33,106 bases of DNA from positions 1 through 33,106 of IMG/VR virus record IMGVR_UViG_3300037506_000432. One strand, 5' to 3'. Origin of the DNA: a virus (taxonomy: Duplodnaviria > Caudoviricetes). The notes under the pieces were generated by a model. The model searched no databases. It was given only the letters and a program-made list of their open reading frames with translations, and was not told the origin of the DNA. Below, in pieces: positions 26,397-33,106 of the stretch. The first letter of the stretch is position 1, and every line of letters starts with the position of its first letter. The position numbers were made by a program, and so were the translations under genes.

Positions 26397-27164
26397 ATGT
26401 TTGTGCAACAAAAAGTGGGGGTTGCTGAGCTTCAAACGCTGATGCAAAAAGCAGCATCTTCGGTCTGTGGCGTAGTCGTCCATCACACGTACAGACCAAG
26501 CGCTGAAACATGGAACGGGAAAGCATCGCTGCTCAACATCCAAGCGCATTATCGCAATGCGTACGGATGGACGGCAGGGCCGCACATATTTGCTGCTCCT
26601 GATGGGATTTGGATCAGCACACCGCTCTCCACGCCCGGCATCCACGCAGCCCAGGGTAATGGCTGGGGCGGTAAACACACAATCGGAGTAGAGGTCGTCC
26701 ATGACGGCACGCGCTATCCGTTCGGGCAGGGATCGGCGGAAGCGCACACAGCGTGGGAGTGGGGGAGATTTGCGTGCGCTGTCGTGCTGTACGCGCTCGG
26801 CGTACGCGATGTGCCTGCGCCAAAAGCGTTTAGCGTCTACAGCGAGCATCGCAATTACAACAAGCCAGCATGTCCAGGGAGCGCTAATCCAACAGCTCAT
26901 GTGCGGGCTGGTGTACAAAGCGCATTGCGCGACGTGTATCGGCAACGTGCGGGTGGCGCCTGGGACATGTGGGGTACGCAATACCCGCTAAGCGACGAAG
27001 CTAAAACGTACGCTATCCCGCAGTCGTGGCTGCCTGTGGCTGACCGATTGGGGGCGGCGGTCACAGGAGAGATACATTCCGAAAAAGGCGCGTACCAAGG
27101 GTTCGAGCGGGGTGTCATCCTCTGGTCGAAGGCGTCAGGTATTACAGAAGTAGTAGAGATATAG
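26397..27164 (+). CDS. Endolysin: N-acetylmuramoyl-L-alanine amidase (Amidase_2) with LGFP-like C-terminal repeat
   Basis: VVVHHT, PHIF...DG, HA-x-x-GN, IGVE, HR...ACPG zinc amidase motifs; C-terminal LGAAVTGE...YQGFERGVILWS. Confidence 0.9.
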   Translation: MFVQQKVGVAELQTLMQKAASSVCGVVVHHTYRPSAETWNGKASLLNIQAHYRNAYGWTAGPHIFAAPDGIWISTPLSTPGIHAAQGNGWGGKHTIGVEVVHDGTRYPFGQGSAEAHTAWEWGRFACAVVLYALGVRDVPAPKAFSVYSEHRNYNKPACPGSANPTAHVRAGVQSALRDVYRQRAGGAWDMWGTQYPLSDEAKTYAIPQSWLPVADRLGAAVTGEIHSEKGAYQGFERGVILWSKASGITEVVEI

Positions 27165-27172
27165 GAGCGCAC

Positions 27173-29428
27173 ATGCGTGTTGTTGTCTCCATCCAGCTTG
27201 AGCCTCTGGCGCTAAGCTACCAAAACGACACGCTCACAGCGCGTGTATATACATATGCTGACGAGGTACTTGCCGCACCGGATACGCTCACGCTTAGCGT
27301 ATCCGACCCGGCGGGCGCTACCGTAATCTATACGCTCGCTCAGCTTACGACGCTCTCGCCCGGCGCGTACGAGCGTGCTATCGCTCTGCCGACGCTTGGC
27401 GTCTGGCGCATCAGAGCTGTTGCGACGTTTGCCGCTCAGAGCGATAGCGTGACGGTCACTCGCGATGTCGTCGCCCAGCCAGGCACAGCGCCTCCTCCGG
27501 CTCCAGGGCTGACGCTCACGAGTCTGTTGACGGAGCCGCCCGCGCTCCAAGCAGGAAACGTGCCGGTGTATGACGGCTCGGTGTGGAGGCCTGGCGCTGC
27601 TGGGGGTGGGGGAGGGGGCGGCGGAGCGCCAATTGCTAGCGCGAGCGTGAGCGGCACCGTCAAGACCAACAGTTCCGTCGCTGACCCTGTCGTCTATCTG
27701 CGCAGCGAGATTGATACGCTTCTTGGAGCGAAAGCGAGCGTCGCTCAGCTCAACGCTCACGAAGCTGACACAACAAGCGTCCATGGCATCGCGGATACAG
27801 CAGCGCTTGTGATTACATCCGACAGTCGCTTAAGCGACGCTCGTACTCCGCTCGCTCACGCGCACAGCATCGCAGATACAACAGGCTTGCAGGCTGCGCT
27901 TGACGCGAAAGCTCCAGCGTCTCATACGACGCAAGTCGCGAGCGCGTCTACGCTCGGGCATGTGCGGGTAGGGAGTGGGCTAGCGATTGACGGCAGCGGT
28001 GTGCTGAGCGCGAGCGGAGGTGGGGGCAGCGCTCCGATAGCGAGCGCGAGCGTGAGCGGTACGGTGAAGACCAACACGTCTGTCGCTGACCCTGTCGTCT
28101 ATCTAAGCAGCGAGATTGACGCATTCCTAGGGGCTAAAGCGAGCGTCGCTCAGCTCAGCACGCACGAAGCTGATACAACAAGCGTCCATGGGATTGCCGA
28201 CACAGCGGCGCTTGTAGTGACGACTGACGCTCGCTTGAGCGACGCTCGTACACCGCTGGCGCATACGCATGACGGAGCAGCAATTACGTCCGGCACAGTC
28301 GCGTTTGACCGCTTGCCAGTAGCAGCATCTGGCGCAGCTACAGCAAATACAGTCGTACAAGCGACAGACAGTCGCTTGAGCGATGCGCGCACACCGCTGG
28401 CGCATAACCATGACGGAGCGGCGATTACGACTGGGACTGTAGCGTTTGCGCGCCTACCGGTAGCGGCATCTGGCGCAGCTACGGCAAGCACAGTCGTACA
28501 AGCGACAGATAGTCGCTTGAGCGATGCTCGGACACCGCTCGCTCACGCTCACGACGGCTCGGCGATTACGACCGGCACAGTCGCGTTTGACCGCTTGCCG
28601 ATAGCAGCGTCGGGAGCAGCTACGGCAAGCACAGTCGTGCAAGCGACAGACTCTCGCTTGAGCGACGCTCGTACACCAACAGCACACTCGCACATCATCG
28701 CAGATACGACAGGATTACAATCTGCGCTCGATGATAAAGCTCCTGCGACACACACGACGCAAATCGCGAGCGCCTCTACGCTCGGGCATGTCAAGGTGGG
28801 CAGCGGGCTCGCGATAGATGGTACAGGGGTGCTGAGCGCGAGCGGGGGCGGGGGCGGGGGGAGCGCTCCGATAGCAAGCGCGAGCGTGAGTGGTACGGTG
28901 AAGACCAACAGTTCCGTCGCTGACCCGGTGGTGTACCTGAAAAGCGAGGTAGATAGCGGCTTTGCGGCAGCGTCGCACAGTCACGTGGTTGGCGACGTGA
29001 CCGGGCTCCAGACAGCGCTCGACGCGAAGCTCAGCACAGCGTACACGATTGTGCCGGTCCTCACGACAGGCACTGGCGCGTTGACGTTCACGAATCTTTC
29101 AGCGTCACGCCTGGAGCTGTTTGGCTCAAACCGCAACAGAATATTGATTGACGCGACGCTGTACACGCAGATTCGTTTCCTGTTCCAGTGCAACGTTGCG
29201 GGGACTGCAGCGTCGATAGTAGAGCTTGAGCGTAGCTCCACGGTGGGCGGTACCTACACGCTTATTACAGGCACGACGCTCAGTATTGGCACAACCGGAT
29301 TTAAAGACTCTGGGTGGGCGGCTATTGGGGCGACGGGCGAGCAGTTTATACGTGTGATGACGCAGGGCGGCGATGGAGCTGCTGACCCACAGGTCGGCAG
29401 TATCTATATTGCGCTGCGGCGCGTCTAA
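27173..29428 (+). CDS. Repeat-rich fibre protein (tail/head fibre-like)
   Basis: Gly linkers, three copies of APIASASVSGTVKTN-x-SVADPVVYL, repeated D-x-RLSDARTP-x-AH-x-H, three tandem 47-aa units and GLQ-x-ALD-x-K fibre repeats. Confidence 0.8.
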   Translation: MRVVVSIQLEPLALSYQNDTLTARVYTYADEVLAAPDTLTLSVSDPAGATVIYTLAQLTTLSPGAYERAIALPTLGVWRIRAVATFAAQSDSVTVTRDVVAQPGTAPPPAPGLTLTSLLTEPPALQAGNVPVYDGSVWRPGAAGGGGGGGGAPIASASVSGTVKTNSSVADPVVYLRSEIDTLLGAKASVAQLNAHEADTTSVHGIADTAALVITSDSRLSDARTPLAHAHSIADTTGLQAALDAKAPASHTTQVASASTLGHVRVGSGLAIDGSGVLSASGGGGSAPIASASVSGTVKTNTSVADPVVYLSSEIDAFLGAKASVAQLSTHEADTTSVHGIADTAALVVTTDARLSDARTPLAHTHDGAAITSGTVAFDRLPVAASGAATANTVVQATDSRLSDARTPLAHNHDGAAITTGTVAFARLPVAASGAATASTVVQATDSRLSDARTPLAHAHDGSAITTGTVAFDRLPIAASGAATASTVVQATDSRLSDARTPTAHSHIIADTTGLQSALDDKAPATHTTQIASASTLGHVKVGSGLAIDGTGVLSASGGGGGGSAPIASASVSGTVKTNSSVADPVVYLKSEVDSGFAAASHSHVVGDVTGLQTALDAKLSTAYTIVPVLTTGTGALTFTNLSASRLELFGSNRNRILIDATLYTQIRFLFQCNVAGTAASIVELERSSTVGGTYTLITGTTLSIGTTGFKDSGWAAIGATGEQFIRVMTQGGDGAADPQVGSIYIALRRV

Positions 29429-29438
29429 TGGAGGAGTC

Positions 29439-29687
29439 GTGAGCGCTGCAAGTGATAATCGCACAAAAGCACAGGCGTTCGCGACAGAGCATCTAAGCGT
29501 CGCGTTGTACGCGCTGCTTGTGCTTGCTCAAGGCGTAAAGGTCAGGACCGGTCAAGGTACGGTCTATACACGTGCGCCGGATCGGCAAGCGGCGGAGACG
29601 CTGATAGAGCTCGCGTTGGCGGATGGGAGCGCCGACGCGCACGCCGTCGTGGCAAAGCTTATCCGCTTTGCGGAGGGGGATATATGA
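29439..29687 (+). CDS. Putative terminase small subunit (positional)
   Basis: GGAGGA RBS before GTG 29439; ATGA-coupled to TerL. No diagnostic motif seen. Confidence 0.4.
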   Translation: MSAASDNRTKAQAFATEHLSVALYALLVLAQGVKVRTGQGTVYTRAPDRQAAETLIELALADGSADAHAVVAKLIRFAEGDI

Positions 29688-30892
29688 GAGAGTATCTGCC
29701 CTCCGCTAAGCTCCGCTCAGCTATAGCGTCGCGAGCGTCGTGTGTGACGCTTGAAGGCGCGAGTCGCACGGGCAAAAGCGTAGCGTGGCTGCACAAGCTA
29801 TATGCGTGTGCGCACAAGTATCCGGGTATGCGCGGAGCGATTGTCCGCGGCGCCCGCGAAAGCCTCAGCACGACGACGCTTGTGTCGTGGGAACAGCAGG
29901 TGCTGCATCCCGAGGAGGCATGCTTGCTTGGGCCGTCACGACGCATGCGGCAGACGTACGTATTTGCGAACGGGAGCGAGATTGATGTGTTTGGTCTCAA
30001 AGCGAGCGGACATAGCAACGCCGCAAAGTATATGGGGTCAGAGTATGACCTCATCTTTGTGGACGAGGCAAACGAGGCTGATGTCGAGGACCTGCAGCGC
30101 TTGCTGACGCGGTTGTCGCACGCGAGGATGCCATACGCGCAACTCCTCCTTGCACTTAATCCGCAGTCGCCCAACCATCCGATCTACTCGTTTGTTGATA
30201 CGCAGAGCGAGGTGCATCGCGTCTATCTTTCCGACGCTGAGCACTTTATGCGCCCGGAGTATCGCGCAATACTCGATAAGCTCACAGGCTCGGCGCGTGA
30301 ACGGCTTGTTCTGGGGAAGCGAGCGGCGAGCGAGGGTTTGGTGTATAGCGACTTTATGCCGGAGTTTCACATAATACCAGCGTTTCCGATTCCAACGCAC
30401 TGGGACCGGGTCGTAGGCATAGACTTTGGCTTTACGCATCCATTTGCGGCGGTCTTTTGCGCGCTTGACGAGGACGACCGCATGTACGTGTATCGGCAGT
30501 ATCTACGCACGCAAGCGACGCTCAGGATGCACATGGAGGTCCTGTCGCAGTATAGAGATGAGGTGTGTGTCGCGGTGTGCGACCACGCTGCTGGCGATGT
30601 CGCTGAGCTCAGCTACAGCGGCTGGCCGACGCATAACGCGATCAAGGACGTGATGCTGAACAAGCAGCGCTTGATGGACCGCTTGCGCTTACAGCCGGAC
30701 GGGAGAGCACGTGTGTACCTGATGGCCGACACGCTGCTGCCCGAGAGCAACGCGCCAGGGCTTGAGACGGAGCTGCTCAACCACAAGTGGGACAAAAGCG
30801 GCAATATGCCGGAGAAAACGTACGACCACGCGCTCAACGCGCTTGAGTATCTGTGCGCGTACGTGGATACACAGAGAGTGAGCGTCTATTGA
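29684..30892 (+). CDS. terL: Terminase large subunit (PBSX/SPP1-like)
   Basis: EGASRTGKS (Walker A), LIFVDEA (Walker B), LNP, GIDFGFTHP nuclease motif and DHALNAL. Confidence 0.93.
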   Translation: MREYLPSAKLRSAIASRASCVTLEGASRTGKSVAWLHKLYACAHKYPGMRGAIVRGARESLSTTTLVSWEQQVLHPEEACLLGPSRRMRQTYVFANGSEIDVFGLKASGHSNAAKYMGSEYDLIFVDEANEADVEDLQRLLTRLSHARMPYAQLLLALNPQSPNHPIYSFVDTQSEVHRVYLSDAEHFMRPEYRAILDKLTGSARERLVLGKRAASEGLVYSDFMPEFHIIPAFPIPTHWDRVVGIDFGFTHPFAAVFCALDEDDRMYVYRQYLRTQATLRMHMEVLSQYRDEVCVAVCDHAAGDVAELSYSGWPTHNAIKDVMLNKQRLMDRLRLQPDGRARVYLMADTLLPESNAPGLETELLNHKWDKSGNMPEKTYDHALNALEYLCAYVDTQRVSVY

Positions 30893-32217
30893 TGTTTAAA
30901 CAAAAACGCGAGCTTGCGCGAAAAAGCTTGAGCGCGACGCTCAGCTCAAGCGTCCCTGGTACGGCAGGCACGACGCTGACGAATCAGCAAGCGCTGTTTC
31001 CGGGCGCGTATGCGTACAATACGAGCTTGCTACAGTCGAGCAGATCTCCGAGCGTCTTGCTTGCGGCAGCGCGGGCGAATGGGCTTGTGCTGGGGGCAAT
31101 TGACGCAAAAGCTCGGGCGCTCAATGGCGTGAGCGTGCGCGTAGAGCGAGATGGTCGCCCGGAGCCGACACACCCTGCGCTTGTGCTATTGCGTAGTAAT
31201 CCGACAATCACGCTCTACGACTGGCTACGTATGTACGTGGAGGCACGCGACATCTTCGGCGTGCTGTACATGTATTTGGAGCTTGATGGCTCCGGCACAC
31301 CGCGAGCGTGGCGTATTATTGATAATACGTGTCTGGACTTTGTGTCCGGCGCGTGGTACGAGCGTTCCTCGAACGGGCAGCGCGTACGCCTCGACGAGCA
31401 GGCGCTGCTGGCGTTTAATCGCACGTCGCTTGTGCAGACAGGCGGAGCGCTGAGCGCGTGTCTAGAGAGTGTGCTGCTGGACAATGCGATAACGGATAAG
31501 TTCGCCGCGTGGTTCAAAAACGCTCCGCTCATCTCCGGCGCGTTGTCTGTGCCGGGGATTGTCAGCGACAAAATAGCGGAGCAGATACGGAGCACATGGG
31601 TAGCGAACTACACAGGCGCGGGCTCGTTTACACCTGCCGTTTTGGGCAATGGCTCTAGCTATCAGCAGTACGTTCCGGCGTTCAAGGACTTGGACATTGC
31701 GGCCATCAGGGGCGCTACAGAGAGCAGGATAACGACATCGTTTGGCGTGCCGCCACTCGTGCTCTACGCTGCATACGCGCTTGAGCGAGCCACATACTCG
31801 AACTTAGAGCAAGCGTTCAAGGCGTTTTACGTCAATACAGTGCTTCCGCTCGCGAGAGAGATCGAGCACGAGCTCACGTACACGCTCCTACCGCTGTACG
31901 AAAGCCCCGACGATCTGGCGAGCGAGCGCGTGCGATTTATCCTGGACATGAGCGCTGTCACAATTTTGCAGCTTTTGCAGCTTGCAGCGCCCCAGGCAGC
32001 GGAGGTTGTCCGTGCCACTGCAGAGGATGCGGCAGAGCAAGTAGCGCAACGCGAGGAGCGGGCGCACGCGCACGCTCACGCTACAAAGCAAGCCGAAGTG
32101 TTCAGTCCGGAGTACATAGCTTTGGAGGAGCGCTTTGCGAAGGCGATGCAGCGCTATGTTACTGATGTGCTGGACGACCTTGAGGCCGAGGCAAGGCTTG
32201 GAGCGCGCAATGTTTGA
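30892..32217 (+). CDS. Portal protein (HK97 family)
   Basis: HP-x-L-x-LL-x-x-NP, WFKN, I-x-x-x-FGVPP and ATYSNLEQ motifs. Start revised to ATG 30892 (TGATG coupling). Confidence 0.9.
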   Translation: MFKQKRELARKSLSATLSSSVPGTAGTTLTNQQALFPGAYAYNTSLLQSSRSPSVLLAAARANGLVLGAIDAKARALNGVSVRVERDGRPEPTHPALVLLRSNPTITLYDWLRMYVEARDIFGVLYMYLELDGSGTPRAWRIIDNTCLDFVSGAWYERSSNGQRVRLDEQALLAFNRTSLVQTGGALSACLESVLLDNAITDKFAAWFKNAPLISGALSVPGIVSDKIAEQIRSTWVANYTGAGSFTPAVLGNGSSYQQYVPAFKDLDIAAIRGATESRITTSFGVPPLVLYAAYALERATYSNLEQAFKAFYVNTVLPLAREIEHELTYTLLPLYESPDDLASERVRFILDMSAVTILQLLQLAAPQAAEVVRATAEDAAEQVAQREERAHAHAHATKQAEVFSPEYIALEERFAKAMQRYVTDVLDDLEAEARLGARNV

Positions 32218-32707
32218 GGTGTTTTATCCGTTCTTGCGAGCGCTCATACGTGTGACGTGGGAAAGAGCAGCAAACGCTCCGCTTCCCTCAGAGGACAGTC
32301 CTACGTATCAGCGATTGCTTCGCCTGTTTGAGGAGCGCTTTGCTGAGCTTGAGCGGAGCTTCCGTAACGATATGATACGGCTGCTCGTAGACGCCGTGCG
32401 GAACGGCGAATCTGTCGAGGATGTCGCGTTTGAGATTGAGCGTGTGCGCACTGTCGGGCTTGTGCGGGCGGAGACAATTGCGCACACGGAGCTTGCGGCC
32501 GGGCAGAGCGTGGTCAAAGTGACGAACTACGCTCAGCTTGGCGTCGATCGCTACGAGTATCTGGCTAAGCTGGACGAGCGTACGACACAGCTGTGTAAAG
32601 ATGCGAACGGTAAGGTTTTTAGCCTTCGCGATGCGGCGCTTGGTACAAATCTACCGCCGCTCCATCCGAGATGCCGCAGTACGGTCGTACCGTATGTCGG
32701 CGAGTAA
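32210..32707 (+). CDS. Minor head morphogenesis protein (MuF/SPP1 gp7-like)
   Basis: RAETIAHTE, LDERTT-x-x-C and PPLHPRCRS motifs. Start revised to ATG 32210. Confidence 0.9.
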   Translation: MFEVFYPFLRALIRVTWERAANAPLPSEDSPTYQRLLRLFEERFAELERSFRNDMIRLLVDAVRNGESVEDVAFEIERVRTVGLVRAETIAHTELAAGQSVVKVTNYAQLGVDRYEYLAKLDERTTQLCKDANGKVFSLRDAALGTNLPPLHPRCRSTVVPYVGE

Positions 32708-32720
32708 GCGTAGAGATACG

Positions 32721-32747
32721 AAATCCCCAGCGAAACGCTGGGGTTTT
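32721..32747. terminator. Bidirectional intrinsic terminator
   Basis: CCCCAGCG-AAA-CGCTGGGG stem-loop with TTTT downstream and AAAT upstream, between convergent genes. Confidence 0.75.
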
Positions 32748-32783
32748 GGTGTTGCTCGCGTCATGTGAGGGGCTATGTAGGAG

Positions 32784-32984
32784 CTACGGTTGCAGTACGT
32801 TACGGACGTACCGCAAAAGCTCTTCCTTCGTGTCGGCTTCCATATGTACCGCTTCGCCGCCAACCCGTAGGGTAGCTTGGTAGCGCGGCTCGCGACCGTG
32901 CTCGTACGAGAAGTAGCCGACAGGGGTACCGTCCCTGTAGACCTTGTGGTAGTGCTCGTCTAAACGCCGGGTTGTGAGCTTCAT
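32784..32984 (-). CDS. Small hypothetical protein, moron-like antisense insertion in head module
   Basis: 66 aa with AGGAGGG RBS, its own promoter and a downstream terminator. Confidence 0.75.
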   Translation of the reverse strand: MKLTTRRLDEHYHKVYRDGTPVGYFSYEHGREPRYQATLRVGGEAVHMEADTKEELLRYVRNVLQP

Positions 32985-33019
32985 ACGCCCTCCTATATAT
33001 GTGTGGGTGCGTCCTTCCC

Positions 33020-33048
33020 ATTATAGCATAGTCGGAAAGGAATGTAAA
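33020..33048 (-). promoter_or_regulatory. Sigma70-type promoter of the moron-like gene
   Basis: TTTACA-17 bp-TATAAT with extended -10 TG. Confidence 0.8.
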
Positions 33049-33106
33049 GTGTGAAAACGAAAGCTCAGCTTAGCTACGCACAAAAACTGAGCGGTGAGAG
33101 CGACGA

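Noticed and set aside
1-33106. Lysogeny module, tRNA or rRNA genes
   Set aside because: No integrase, repressor or RNA-gene signatures recognised by eye. The part of the genome outside the window cannot be assessed.

Overview
The window is most of a tailed (siphovirus-like) phage genome, opened inside the head module. It starts with the last 31 codons of an HK97-type major capsid protein. The + strand then carries head-tail joining genes, tail tube, a frameshifted tail chaperone pair, tape measure and distal tail genes (406-9544). A long - strand arm (9580-23333) carries a membrane-anchored FtsK-like ATPase, 5'-3' exonuclease, family A DNA polymerase, dNMP kinase, short primase, DnaB-like helicase, RuvC-like resolvase, putative SSB, a GIY-YIG endonuclease, six tandem pentapeptide-repeat paralogs and two further tandem paralogs. 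Four of the pentapeptide genes and the GIY-YIG gene each sit behind a copy of a repeated sigma70-type promoter/RBS cassette. A ~2.2 kb non-coding, AGCT-rich nested repeat region (23420-25680) separates the two arms. The second + arm holds holin, amidase endolysin, a repeat-rich fibre protein, terminase, portal and a MuF-like head protein, followed by an antisense gene with its own promoter. I saw no integrase, repressor, tRNA, CRISPR array or reverse transcriptase. The prohead protease and most of the capsid gene lie outside the window. The most unusual items are the promoter-cassette array of pentapeptide proteins and the AGCT repeat region. All product calls come from motif recognition by eye and gene position, not database searches.
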